Shown: positions 1 to 10,422 of the stretch, one piece after another | How the letters are laid out: each line of letters opens with the position of its first letter | Numbering within the stretch: position 1 is the stretch's first letter | Made by a program: the position numbers and the translations under genes | Notes under the pieces: generated by a model | The model's input: the letters and a program-made list of their open reading frames with translations, nothing else | What the model was told of the DNA's origin: nothing | Database searches by the model: none | Assembly (NCBI GenBank): GCA_049317525.1 | Contig: JBMOIC010000013.1 | Location: forward strand, 2,014 to 66,013 | Length of the DNA stretch: 64,000 nt | From: Bacteroidota bacterium | GTDB taxonomy: Bacteria > Bacteroidota > Ignavibacteria > Kapaibacteriales > UBA961 | Direction: 5' to 3'

Positions 1-830
1 CCCCATAAACGGGTTGGTGGGTCAATAGTAAGCTGTTTTGAATGATCATATGCTCCAATGTTAAATCTAACTATAGAGTCTGAATTCAATGTAAATGCAG
101 AGTATACTTCATTATCTTGATAGGAATAAGGCTTTTGTTGTTCAATTAATCCTAAAGGCGTTTCGATTGCTAAAGTACCATGATTATCTATGTAAAGCTT
201 GTCAGCTCCAGAAATTTTCATTGCTATATTTTCTGGATTTCCCCCAGGATGAACAATAAAATCATATTGTACTTTCTGTTTTTTACCTTCATATACGATA
301 AAATCAATATGTGGATATAGATCTTTAATAATTACTTTTTTACACGATTCTACTTCTGATACTCCATTTGGTATATGAGAATAATAATAATTCGTATAAG
401 ATGATAATGGTTCTATTCCACTAATTATAGATGATTGCGAACTATTCTGAAAAGAAATATCTACTCTATATGATTCTATCACAGATGGAGAATGCATATC
501 ATATTTATGCAGACTTTTTGATTGAAAAGGAATATTTTTTTTAGAATCTCGATGATACACTGCAAATGAAATCCCATTTTTTCTTATATATACAGCACCA
601 CCCGAAACTTGAGCTGTATACAAGATTTCATCATTTCTTTTATGATTCTGATCAATGATTTGTCCATTATTGGCTATAAAAACCAATGCATTATCTACAG
701 TATGAGTAAATCGTGACATTGTATTTTCTTGTGCAAAACAATCTTTATGAAAGGCCAGGATGATACATAATAAACTAGATATGATGAGATAATATCTAGT
801 TTTACAATGTCTATATAAAAATGAATTCAT
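1..830 (-). CDS. Partial SBBP beta-propeller secreted protein, N-terminal part; paralog of 868..4779; runs off the window edge
   Basis: Not in the ORF track. Manual translation from ATG at 830 gives MNSFLYRH...FIANNGQIIDQNHKRNDEILYTAQVSGGAVY...LTIDPPTRLWG, matching FIENKGQILDQ...IDPPTRMWG of the neighbour. Confidence 0.85.
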   Translation of the reverse strand, partial: MNSFLYRHCKTRYYLIISSLLCIILAFHKDCFAQENTMSRFTHTVDNALVFIANNGQIIDQNHKRNDEILYTAQVSGGAVYIRKNGISFAVYHRDSKKNIPFQSKSLHKYDMHSPSVIESYRVDISFQNSSQSSIISGIEPLSSYTNYYYSHIPNGVSEVESCKKVIIKDLYPHIDFIVYEGKKQKVQYDFIVHPGGNPENIAMKISGADKLYIDNHGTLAIETPLGLIEQQKPYSYQDNEVYSAFTLNSDSIVRFNIGAYDHSKQLTIDPPTRLW

Positions 831-867
831 TGATTATTCTATTTGTTATTATTAAAGTATTTCTTTT

Positions 868-3800
868 TTAATGAATTAAGAATTTTTGAGATACTGTTTG
901 AGTATTCGTTCTTAATCGTATAATATACATGCCAGCAGAAATTTTTGAAAGTGGAATCGCTATGTGTTGAATCGATTCATCTGTGGATTGCATTGATTGC
1001 ATCGAATAATGAACAATTCCAAGCATATCAACTAATTCTATTATTGGTGAACTCATAACTGGAAATTCACATAGAATATTCAAAATCTGTGAGTTATCAG
1101 AAGGATTCGGCTGAATACTAAGAATAGAAATTTGTTCACTATTTAACTCATTGATGCCTTGAGGATTAGCTATTGAAATCGTCATAATTGTATCTTTTCT
1201 ACATCCTGCTGCTGAAATTTCAATGACTGTTAATTGCAATGTACCTGGATTTGTACTAGAAATAGAAACGGTAGATTCATCTGTTTTTCCATTAATAATT
1301 CCATTACCGCTAATCAACCAGGAATAAGTTGAACCCTGATTTGATTGCACTATATATTGAATATCTGATTCTCCGGCTTTAATCTCTTTTGGACCAATTA
1401 TTATAGGCATAGGCAATGGTAATTCGATCAACTCTTTTTCTTTAGATAATGCTTGGCAATCACTTGTTTTAACAAGTACACTATATGTACCTGGTATTTT
1501 TGCTGTATATGATTTACCTACAGCATCAATGATATCATTTCCATTTAATTTCCACTGATACCCTGCTGCATCAAGTGAACACATTAATTGTATGCTATCA
1601 CCTTTACAGAATTGATTCTTTCCATTTGCAGCCGAAAACTCTGGATTTATGGAGTTTTTTACAGTTATTGTCATTGATGTATCCTTGATACATCCAGCAA
1701 GTGTTCTTTCGGTTAATCGTAATAATACATTTCCGATACCACCAAATGTGATTTTTGTTATTGCTTCATTTTCACTGCTTAGGCTGGCTTTTCCACTTTC
1801 TATACTCCAGGTGTATAATGAAGTACTTGAAGTAGCAGAGTATTCAACTGGTTTATCAAATCCACAAATTGTGTTTGGACCCTTTATTATCGGTATTGGT
1901 AAAGGATTAATAGTTACTATTAATGAAGTATCTTTCGTACATCCAGTTGTCACATTTGTTTTCTTTAATGTTATAGTATCGGTGCCAATTGCCTTCCATT
2001 CATACCCAGCATTTATTTGTCCTGCAGGACCACTTAATACGCCTTTTCCTTTAGTAGACCACTCATATGTAAAACCAGGTTCATTAGGTGTAGATTTATA
2101 CGTTAATAATTGTCCGATACACACATTTCCATTTCCTTGAATAATTGGGATAGGATTTGCATTAATAGTAATAATGATCATAGTGTCTTTATAGCAACCT
2201 AATGGAGTCTTTGTAACCCTTAATTTTAATGTATCAGTTCCTACAGAATTCCACTTAATTATTACTTCATTATTATTTGCATTTCCTATAATTTTTCCTT
2301 TTGAGGGCTCTGTCCAGGAATAAAGACAATCCTTAATCACTGGTATAGAATATGTCTGATTTGTTTGGCATGTAGAACTTTGACCAATAATAATAGATGT
2401 TGGAACAGCTACTAAATTTAAATCAACGGCATTATCTGGGCTTGCAATAAATGGACTATTACTTAATATTCTAATGCGATAACCGGATCCAGATAAATTT
2501 GAAGGAAATGTACAAACGATTGATCCAGAGGTATTTGCTGTTTTTGTTCCAATAATTGTTGGATTTACAAATGATCCATTTATAGAAGACAATTGGACTG
2601 TAAACACATTATTGGCTGCAAATTGTCCGCTTATTGTATAATTAACAGTTATTGTACTTCCAGCACAAAGCTCTGTTTGTGGAGTAGTACAAGATATTGA
2701 AGGATCTATAGCCATAAATCTAACAAGAAAGGCTTCTTGCAAACCATTACTGGTTGCTTGATATGATCCATTTGTGGTTATATCTGAATTTGAATTAGAA
2801 GTTCCGCATACATATAATTCATTAGATGCATCAAATGCTACTCTATTACAATTATCTGTTTTAATTCCGCCATAATATGAGCCCCAAATCCTGCTTCCAC
2901 TAGCATTAAATTTTGCTATAAAGCCATCATCTTCCCCACTTAAGGACTGTTGAAATCCATCAATAGATGCTATTGCAGATATTGAATTTGTTGTCCCAGT
3001 AATAACAATATTTCCATAAGAATCAGTTGCTAATCCTGTACATAGTTCATTATTTGCGCCTCCATAATACGTTCCCCATGCTCTATTACCATTGGCATCA
3101 AATTTTGCCACATATCCATCAAAAGATCCTTGCAAACCTTGTTGATATGATCCAGATGAAGATATGCTATTAAATGAATTAGTATGCCCTGTTATTAAAA
3201 TACTACCTTGGGCATCTATATGAATTGCAGAGCCATAATCATCTGAAGTTCCTCCATAATAAGTTGCCCAATCACGAGTTCCTGATGCATCAAACTTTGC
3301 TATATAAGAATCTGATCCACCCAAATTATTAGGTTGATACGATCCAGCTGTTGCAATTCCATTAGCTGAAATTGCATCTCCTCTTAATAATATTTTTCCA
3401 CTTATATCTATTGCAATTCCTGTGGATTTATCATCTGAAGTTCCACCATAATATGTACTCCACGTTAATTGTCCAGCAGAAGCATATTTTGCTAAAAATC
3501 CATCATATCCACCACCTAAATTGGTTTGAAATGCGCCTGCTATTGCAATTCCATTAGTAGAATTTGTTAATCCTGCTATAGCAATATTCCCAGAAGCATC
3601 TGTTTTAATTGATAAGCCTTTATCTTCTCCAGAACCACCTAAATAAGTGCCCCAAGTTCTAGTTCCATTATTTGTAAATTTCACTAAGAATGCATCATTA
3701 TTACCTCCTAATACAGTTTGAGGTGCACCAGCTGTTGCTATAGATGCTGCTGAATTCGTTGTTCCACATATGTATACATTTAATGCATTATCAATTGCAA

Positions 3801-4779
3801 TTGCTTGTGCTATTTCGTCTCCAGTACCGCCATAATATGTAGACCAAAGCCTTACACCAGTATTATTAAATTTTGCAATAAAGCCATCTGTATTTGCTGA
3901 TAAGTTAGTTTGATGTGAACCATTTGTTGCAATTCCCCAAGTAGAATTTGTTTGTCCACAAATAAATATATTTCCAGCTTGATCAATTGCAAGATCTGAA
4001 CCAATATCTGCTCCTGCTCCTCCAAAATATGTCCCCCACATTCTAGTTGGTGGATCAATTCTTAATGATTGATGATGATCATAAGAATCTACTTTAAATG
4101 AGACAGTATTATCAGTATTAATGATAAATGATGATGCTATTTCTTTGTCTTGATATGTTCTAGGAGCACCTTGTTCAATTGTTCCAAAAGGTGTTAAAAG
4201 CTGTAAAGAACCAGATTCAGATAGATGTATATCTGAACATCCAGAAAAAGACAATGATATGATATCTGGATTTCCACCCGGTTTTACGATAAAATCATAT
4301 TGAATTGTATTGTGTAGATTAGGATAGAGAATAAAATCTATTTGTGGATAGATGTCTTTGATGATGATCCTTTTGTATTTAGATACATTTGTTATTCCAT
4401 CAGGACAATGTGTAAGGAAATAATTATTCTTATCTGAATACTCGTCAATTCCTTGAAAAATTGGATGTGAGTTTGCCCCTTTAAATTTCATGTCTACCCT
4501 ATAGACATTTTTATTGGCTTGCTTTGATGTATCATAATTAGCAAAACTAATTTCATTTGCTTTTACATATACTGCCCCACCGGGTATTTGTGCCATGAAT
4601 ATAACTTCATCATTTACATTCCCCTTTTGATCTAATATTTGGCCTTTATTCTCGATAAATTCGATAGAATTTCTATTACTTAACATTGAAGATATGTCTG
4701 TGTTTTTTGCATAAACATTGACACTATTTACAATAAAAAAAAGCAATAACGATGCGATAGATAAGCGTTTCATGGCCAT
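868..4779 (-). CDS. SBBP-repeat beta-propeller protein with Ig/PKD-like repeats and T9SS type-A C-terminal sorting domain
   Basis: Signal peptide; seven WxTY(Y/F/L)GG repeats; Ig-like stalk; C-terminus IQPNPS...AGMYIIRL...SQKFLIH. Confidence 0.85.
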   Translation of the reverse strand: MAMKRLSIASLLLFFIVNSVNVYAKNTDISSMLSNRNSIEFIENKGQILDQKGNVNDEVIFMAQIPGGAVYVKANEISFANYDTSKQANKNVYRVDMKFKGANSHPIFQGIDEYSDKNNYFLTHCPDGITNVSKYKRIIIKDIYPQIDFILYPNLHNTIQYDFIVKPGGNPDIISLSFSGCSDIHLSESGSLQLLTPFGTIEQGAPRTYQDKEIASSFIINTDNTVSFKVDSYDHHQSLRIDPPTRMWGTYFGGAGADIGSDLAIDQAGNIFICGQTNSTWGIATNGSHQTNLSANTDGFIAKFNNTGVRLWSTYYGGTGDEIAQAIAIDNALNVYICGTTNSAASIATAGAPQTVLGGNNDAFLVKFTNNGTRTWGTYLGGSGEDKGLSIKTDASGNIAIAGLTNSTNGIAIAGAFQTNLGGGYDGFLAKYASAGQLTWSTYYGGTSDDKSTGIAIDISGKILLRGDAISANGIATAGSYQPNNLGGSDSYIAKFDASGTRDWATYYGGTSDDYGSAIHIDAQGSILITGHTNSFNSISSSGSYQQGLQGSFDGYVAKFDANGNRAWGTYYGGANNELCTGLATDSYGNIVITGTTNSISAIASIDGFQQSLSGEDDGFIAKFNASGSRIWGSYYGGIKTDNCNRVAFDASNELYVCGTSNSNSDITTNGSYQATSNGLQEAFLVRFMAIDPSISCTTPQTELCAGSTITVNYTISGQFAANNVFTVQLSSINGSFVNPTIIGTKTANTSGSIVCTFPSNLSGSGYRIRILSNSPFIASPDNAVDLNLVAVPTSIIIGQSSTCQTNQTYSIPVIKDCLYSWTEPSKGKIIGNANNNEVIIKWNSVGTDTLKLRVTKTPLGCYKDTMIIITINANPIPIIQGNGNVCIGQLLTYKSTPNEPGFTYEWSTKGKGVLSGPAGQINAGYEWKAIGTDTITLKKTNVTTGCTKDTSLIVTINPLPIPIIKGPNTICGFDKPVEYSATSSTSLYTWSIESGKASLSSENEAITKITFGGIGNVLLRLTERTLAGCIKDTSMTITVKNSINPEFSAANGKNQFCKGDSIQLMCSLDAAGYQWKLNGNDIIDAVGKSYTAKIPGTYSVLVKTSDCQALSKEKELIELPLPMPIIIGPKEIKAGESDIQYIVQSNQGSTYSWLISGNGIINGKTDESTVSISSTNPGTLQLTVIEISAAGCRKDTIMTISIANPQGINELNSEQISILSIQPNPSDNSQILNILCEFPVMSSPIIELVDMLGIVHYSMQSMQSTDESIQHIAIPLSKISAGMYIIRLRTNTQTVSQKFLIH
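2869..4040 (-). repeat. Seven intragenic ~192-bp (64-aa) beta-propeller repeats
   Basis: TYYGG-coding motif recurs near 2869, 3061, 3253, 3445, 3637, 3829 and 4021. Confidence 0.8.
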
Positions 4780-4861
4780 TTCCGGGTTTATTAATATATA
4801 CCCTGCAATTTAATTTCTTTTTGCATAGAAATGGCCATTAAGCTTATATAAATACTTGTAT

Positions 4862-7651
4862 TTATTTACATTTTACACAACAATCTGGAAATGCATATAA
4901 ATCTGGACGCATATTGATTAAACGAACAGTTACATCTACTCTTCGAACACCGTCTAAGTCATAATAACTGTTTTCACCTCTGATATATTTTTGTATTTCA
5001 GGTTGAATCGATGTATCAACATATTGTCCTTCTGCCATGATGATAATTCTAGCTTGTTTTAGCTTTCTTTCATAATCTGATGGATTTGAGAAATCCGTAG
5101 GGCTAATAATTAATCCTTTTCTTTGCAATTCACTAAATAATGAGTCCTTTTTTAATTGTTGCATTACGGCTTCAAAACCATAATACGCTCTTAATTTAGA
5201 AAGTGTATCATTATCTTGTCCAACTAATGATGCACCACTAGCTATCTGGATAGCAGTTGGTTTTTTAAATGTATAATTCACTGTATCAAATGCACATGAA
5301 ATATATTGAACATTATTAGGAGAGATAAATTTTCCAACGGTAACTGGTCTAATATCAGAATAAGCAGTCATGGTTATCAATACTTTTGCAGTATCATTTT
5401 TATCATAGACCTTCCAGAAATTCTTTAGAACTTTAGAAGTAGAATCGGCCATATTCTTAATATTTCTATCAATAATAGCAGCCTTGGAACGATAATCTGC
5501 TCTACGCGTATTCATTCTTTCTGTCGATTCATTTCCATTACGATTTCCCCAATATTTATTCTTCCAATTAAGTTCTATCCAAGATGCATTTTCTAAGTCA
5601 CCATCTTTAAGTCTATCGATATGTTCACTATATCCTTTTACTGTATTAACTTCCCAAAATGCTGTCTGAAAATATGGGACATTCTTTTGTGATCCAAAAA
5701 CTAGTAAGGTATCTAATTCTAGACAACATGGTGATTTATCATATTGTGGATATAAACGAATTGTATCGTGGACAATAATTGGCATGCAAGAATCAGTTGC
5801 TTTTACCATTACATATGGAAGTCTTAATTCTGCAAATCTGGTTTTGGATGAACCTATATGTCTTATTGAACTTGCTATTCCTACAGTATCATATGAATAG
5901 ACAGTATCTTTATACGCAATAGATCTAGTCATTCTGGCTTGCCTTAATGGTGGCATAGAATCAATATAGATTGTTGTGTCTCTACCAACCCGGATTCTCA
6001 TTTCTGGTGTAATATCAATTCTCTCATTTATTTTTTTTCTTAATTGAGGAATATTAAAATTATCCTTTGGTAAGGTATCATATACCCTGGCTGTTCTAGC
6101 TGCTTTTACGGATTTATCCTGAACCATTGTATCATATTGTTCTTTGCGTGATTTAGACAATATTTGTTCAATCGTTCTGGTAATATCATATCCATTATAA
6201 TTTGTTAAGATTGGTTCTAAGTTCTTGCATGGCTTTGTATTAAATGATGAATATCCATTCGATTTAATTGCTATTCCTTGTTGATAATTTTTCATTGAAT
6301 CAGAAGGAACACTCATTGTAAATGTATTACCTTTAATCTCTTTCATTTTACCATCAATATACACTTCTAATACTCCATTTTTAACCGAAGTATCATTTCC
6401 ATTATCATTGATTAATGTTACAGTATAGGCTACAGGGCATGGTTTTGGGGGTTGTTCGCATGGATAATTTGGATCGCATGGTTGGCATGGCAAACATGGT
6501 TCAGGTTTTTTGATCCCACAAAAAAAAGTGGCCTTAGTTTTATAAAGATCTAAACCGCCATATCCATATTTTTTAGCTGTATCTGGTGAAGTTAAAGATA
6601 ATCGATTTGATGAAAAGAACATTTCTCTTTCTACAGGTTGTACATCTGTAGTATCCATATGTGGATATTTTATATATGGAAACATCTCCATTGCAAGTGT
6701 ATTTACTGAGTCTTCCGTATTTCCTAAAATAAATGTACTATCTATCATCATTGACAGATTACCATTATTAGATAAACTATCCCAAGAAACTTGTAATGTA
6801 GAATAATAGATTTCATAGTTTCCTGATCGATTTGATGAAAAGATCAAATGCGGATTTCCATCTATACAGTATAAAAATGGAGAATATTCATTAGCCGGAG
6901 AATTTATGAAACCATCTCCTTGAAATAATCTCAGATTTATTGGTTTACTCCACTCTGTTCCTTTGCCAATTTTTCTGAAAGAAATAAATAAATCTGCATT
7001 TCCTTTTCTTTCAATCCCATTTACAGTGTACATTGCATTTTCATATGGGGCAGAGAAGCCTTCTGGTGACATTCTATCTGAGCTAAAAACTAATATTTCC
7101 ATTCCTGATGCTTCATGAATTCCTATCGTTGGATGTGCATCCCAAGCTGTAGAATTTAATTCTGATAAATTTCTAATTTTTTTATCAAAATTTTCAAATA
7201 AATCACTTCCACCTTGTACTTTACTTCCTGATGCTCCTAAAAAGCTAGCAACAGTAGAATCAATCGCAGCAGATGATGCAAATACTAATGAAAAAGCACC
7301 CGGAGTTACTGTACCCGAATGCCGAACAAATTCTTCTGGCATATCATGAAGTATTACTCTTTCTGTTTTGACTTGTCCCATACTATCTATCATCGATAAT
7401 GGAACTTGATATACTCTTTCTCTTTTATTTGTATTAGAGGTTATCAATAATGTATCATATTTTTTGATTTCTTTTTGATCATGCGGTGTTTCTGTTCCCG
7501 CTGCAAAATCATCATCTTTAGTATTAACTGAAGTACCTAAAATAGAAGGTGTTTTCTTAATTACTACTTTCGGTGAATTATTATCTGTTGCTTGTATCAT
7601 TGCATATAATGCAAAGCAAAACAATATGCTTGTATAAATATATTTTTTCAT
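4862..7651 (-). CDS. Secreted PD40 (WD40-like) repeat protein with divergent OmpA-like C-terminal domain (PorE-like), Cys-rich
   Basis: PD40-like motifs LNSTAWDAHP, INSPANEYSPF, FSSNR, GYGGLDLY; OmpA-like AYSD...NDTLSKLRA...RRVDV; many CC/CxxC motifs. Confidence 0.6.
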   Translation of the reverse strand: MKKYIYTSILFCFALYAMIQATDNNSPKVVIKKTPSILGTSVNTKDDDFAAGTETPHDQKEIKKYDTLLITSNTNKRERVYQVPLSMIDSMGQVKTERVILHDMPEEFVRHSGTVTPGAFSLVFASSAAIDSTVASFLGASGSKVQGGSDLFENFDKKIRNLSELNSTAWDAHPTIGIHEASGMEILVFSSDRMSPEGFSAPYENAMYTVNGIERKGNADLFISFRKIGKGTEWSKPINLRLFQGDGFINSPANEYSPFLYCIDGNPHLIFSSNRSGNYEIYYSTLQVSWDSLSNNGNLSMMIDSTFILGNTEDSVNTLAMEMFPYIKYPHMDTTDVQPVEREMFFSSNRLSLTSPDTAKKYGYGGLDLYKTKATFFCGIKKPEPCLPCQPCDPNYPCEQPPKPCPVAYTVTLINDNGNDTSVKNGVLEVYIDGKMKEIKGNTFTMSVPSDSMKNYQQGIAIKSNGYSSFNTKPCKNLEPILTNYNGYDITRTIEQILSKSRKEQYDTMVQDKSVKAARTARVYDTLPKDNFNIPQLRKKINERIDITPEMRIRVGRDTTIYIDSMPPLRQARMTRSIAYKDTVYSYDTVGIASSIRHIGSSKTRFAELRLPYVMVKATDSCMPIIVHDTIRLYPQYDKSPCCLELDTLLVFGSQKNVPYFQTAFWEVNTVKGYSEHIDRLKDGDLENASWIELNWKNKYWGNRNGNESTERMNTRRADYRSKAAIIDRNIKNMADSTSKVLKNFWKVYDKNDTAKVLITMTAYSDIRPVTVGKFISPNNVQYISCAFDTVNYTFKKPTAIQIASGASLVGQDNDTLSKLRAYYGFEAVMQQLKKDSLFSELQRKGLIISPTDFSNPSDYERKLKQARIIIMAEGQYVDTSIQPEIQKYIRGENSYYDLDGVRRVDVTVRLINMRPDLYAFPDCCVKCK

Positions 7652-7660
7652 AGTTTTTTC

Positions 7661-8548
7661 TTAATTCTCTTTACATTCTTCACATTTATAAGCTTCTGCA
7701 AACTTAATTGTCACCCTTTTTACTTTTGGTGCCAATACTCCTTCTTGAATATTTGATATCAAGACAAAGAAGTTTGTTCCATTTTGTGCTTTATAATAAA
7801 ACACATCACCTATTTTAAATCGTACACTATAATTAGATAAATCATTGGCTATAACGCTTCTAAATGGAGGCAATACATTCAATGTTTTAATATTTAATGG
7901 CCAAGAACTTGGGAATGTAAATGTTTTAGGATTCCCTGTCGGATTACTGGCCACAATAGAATAATTATTTCCAGTTGAATCTTGCTTATAGGTTAATGCA
8001 GAGGCATCATAAAAAGCACAAAATGCCAAACTAGAACCAGGATTTGATTGTTTACCAACATTTTGTACATATGTTGCAAAAATATTAGCATCATCTGTTT
8101 TTAAAGAAGTATCTATTGGAAAAACATCTCCTTTAAAACGTAGTCTGGTTTCTGGTTCTAATGAAATTGGTGGTAATGTGACACTTTCTACAAGAATATC
8201 GCCATCCATTAATGAATTTGGAGGTGAATTAAATGTATATGTCGTTGTATATCCTGTCAATGGATAATCCTTTTCTGCAAATGTCCAAGGACCTGCAGAG
8301 AACTTTTGATTATTTGGTAAATCCCCCGAAGAGTAAGAAGAGTAAGGGAATCTAAATGTAGCAATATTAAATTCAGGAACGGGTGTTCTATTATTTAAAG
8401 TATCAATTGCAGAATTAAATACTGCTATTGTTGCTTCTCTCACAATAGGCTTTTCATTTGGTACTATTGGTGTTGGAACAAAGCAATCTCCACAACCACT
8501 AAAAATTAGTACACACATACTTAACAATAATAATTGATATGTTTTCAT
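7661..8548 (-). CDS. Hypothetical lipoprotein
   Basis: Lipobox FSGC; ends in CEECKEN; TAATG overlap with the upstream stop. Confidence 0.7.
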   Translation of the reverse strand: MKTYQLLLLSMCVLIFSGCGDCFVPTPIVPNEKPIVREATIAVFNSAIDTLNNRTPVPEFNIATFRFPYSSYSSGDLPNNQKFSAGPWTFAEKDYPLTGYTTTYTFNSPPNSLMDGDILVESVTLPPISLEPETRLRFKGDVFPIDTSLKTDDANIFATYVQNVGKQSNPGSSLAFCAFYDASALTYKQDSTGNNYSIVASNPTGNPKTFTFPSSWPLNIKTLNVLPPFRSVIANDLSNYSVRFKIGDVFYYKAQNGTNFFVLISNIQEGVLAPKVKRVTIKFAEAYKCEECKEN

Positions 8549-9846
8549 TAATAAATTACTCCTAAGCGCAATTGAAAAGTTCCTATTCTTCTTGTTCCTG
8601 GGATATCAGCAAAACCTAAAAGACTAAATGAATCTCCTACAGCAATACTACGATAACCCAAATCTAATTCTATATCTATAAATGGTAAAATTGGAATATC
8701 CAATCCTATGCCCATTCCATAACTTAATGGTAAAGACCAATCAAGATCAATTTCTCCATTTGCTTGAGCTTCCTTAATCTTGGCTACACAGGTATTACAT
8801 GTTGCCCCAGCAGACATCTGCCAAGCATTTCTTGTTTGGGCATCAAATGACATCCCAAATTCACCATATGTATATGGTTTAATACAACCAAAAATAGCCT
8901 TAAACCAATTATCTGACGATTTCATTTCGTTTAATTCTTGTTCTGCTTTGGATGATCCTTCGCTTTCACCATTATTAACATTTATATAAAAAAAGCTTTG
9001 ATTAGCTTTCTTTTCTATAACATTTTTAGGCGGATTAAAATAATATCGTCCGGTTAATAAAACCATCGGACGAGGTATAGTAATCAGCGTATCTAAATTT
9101 GTTAATAATGAAGTTATTGCACCTGCATTTACTGTTTGAATTCCAGATGAATATGTAAATCCAAGCATCCATCTTTGATCTTTTCCTAAACGCGCACCTG
9201 CAATTACATCACCAATAACATGTATTTTTCCTTGATCTACCAATGCATTACCATCATTAAACATAGAAGCATTGCCCAATACTCCTAAAAATACTGGAGA
9301 ATATTCCCTATCGAAACAATGCAAATTCAAGCCAGCATCTATACCCAAACCTAAACGAAAATTTAAACCGAAACTTAAATCCAATGGATCGCAATTACAT
9401 GGTTTTACTGTCTGTAAAGGTATTTTTCGAATCAATGGAATTTGTTTAGTAACATGGAAACTCTCTACTAAATTAAATCCACCTAAAGAATCTGTTTGAA
9501 TCCCAGGAAATAAATCGGGTATTGTCTCCATATGTTTTAATGGAATAAATATACCTTTGGAAGATAATGTGGTGTCTATTTTATCCTGAAATGCAAATAC
9601 AGTATCAATAGAATTTTGTGCGGAATCTCTCATTATCTGTATATGAGATACATATCCTCTTAATGTTCTTCCATCACGATTAGCTGCATTTTGGGCTTTT
9701 TGAAAATATTGTGCTGAATATTCTGGTTTGATACGAACAGCATCTTCATATGTAGTTTGCTCATTATCCTTTGGGACAGATGAACAACCAACAAAAACTA
9801 AACAACAGAATGCCAATAATACTTGGATTTTACTTGATGTTTTCAT
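8548..9846 (-). CDS. Hypothetical lipoprotein with probable C-terminal outer-membrane beta-barrel
   Basis: Lipobox FVGC; alternating hydrophobic strands; terminal FQLRLGVIY resembles a beta-signal. Confidence 0.6.
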   Translation of the reverse strand: MKTSSKIQVLLAFCCLVFVGCSSVPKDNEQTTYEDAVRIKPEYSAQYFQKAQNAANRDGRTLRGYVSHIQIMRDSAQNSIDTVFAFQDKIDTTLSSKGIFIPLKHMETIPDLFPGIQTDSLGGFNLVESFHVTKQIPLIRKIPLQTVKPCNCDPLDLSFGLNFRLGLGIDAGLNLHCFDREYSPVFLGVLGNASMFNDGNALVDQGKIHVIGDVIAGARLGKDQRWMLGFTYSSGIQTVNAGAITSLLTNLDTLITIPRPMVLLTGRYYFNPPKNVIEKKANQSFFYINVNNGESEGSSKAEQELNEMKSSDNWFKAIFGCIKPYTYGEFGMSFDAQTRNAWQMSAGATCNTCVAKIKEAQANGEIDLDWSLPLSYGMGIGLDIPILPFIDIELDLGYRSIAVGDSFSLLGFADIPGTRRIGTFQLRLGVIY

Positions 9847-10422
9847 TTATTTTCCTCCTAGTGGCATGCTGAAATGTACCATACCTGCAAGGCTGGACAA
9901 ATGCGGACGATCCTTATCGCGAAGCATATTATTAGTTGTATATCGTGCAGAAAGAGTTATAAACCAATCACAACATGGATTTTCATAATTGAATAAATAT
10001 CCTGCCTCTATCGTTCCTGGCATTCCTACTTTTCCCTCTTTATCCTTACCTATTATTACAGATAGCCCAGTACCAATTCCAAGATATAATGGGACTGTTG
10101 GTGCTCCCCAAGGAAACCAACGAACATTTGCTTGAACATTGAGTACATGCGGTAAAGAATAGATTCTCGGGCTAGTATATTCTAAACTATCAATTGGTTG
10201 ATAATTTCCATAATTAACTGTGAATACTGGCCATAACTTGCAATATCGATGCAAGCCATATTGTAATTCTCCATGTAATCCTAAATTGGACTGGTCTACA
10301 AATTGTGTTTGTGGTGATGCAGCCCCTAATCCAAGGCCAAGAAAAGATTGTCCGTATGCACTTTGTGCACCTCCAATCATACAACACACCATCATTCCTA
10401 GTAAAAATAATCTCATGCGCAT
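9847..10422 (-). CDS. Small outer-membrane beta-barrel-like protein
   Basis: Signal peptide, amphipathic strands (LYLGIGTGLS, IEAGYLF), 191 aa; stop abuts the next ATG. Confidence 0.6.
   Translation of the reverse strand: MRMRLFLLGMMVCCMIGGAQSAYGQSFLGLGLGAASPQTQFVDQSNLGLHGELQYGLHRYCKLWPVFTVNYGNYQPIDSLEYTSPRIYSLPHVLNVQANVRWFPWGAPTVPLYLGIGTGLSVIIGKDKEGKVGMPGTIEAGYLFNYENPCCDWFITLSARYTTNNMLRDKDRPHLSSLAGMVHFSMPLGGK

Noticed and set aside
2869-4040. Periodic repeats as a CRISPR array or DGR
   Set aside because: They are degenerate in-frame protein repeats; there is no cas or reverse-transcriptase gene.
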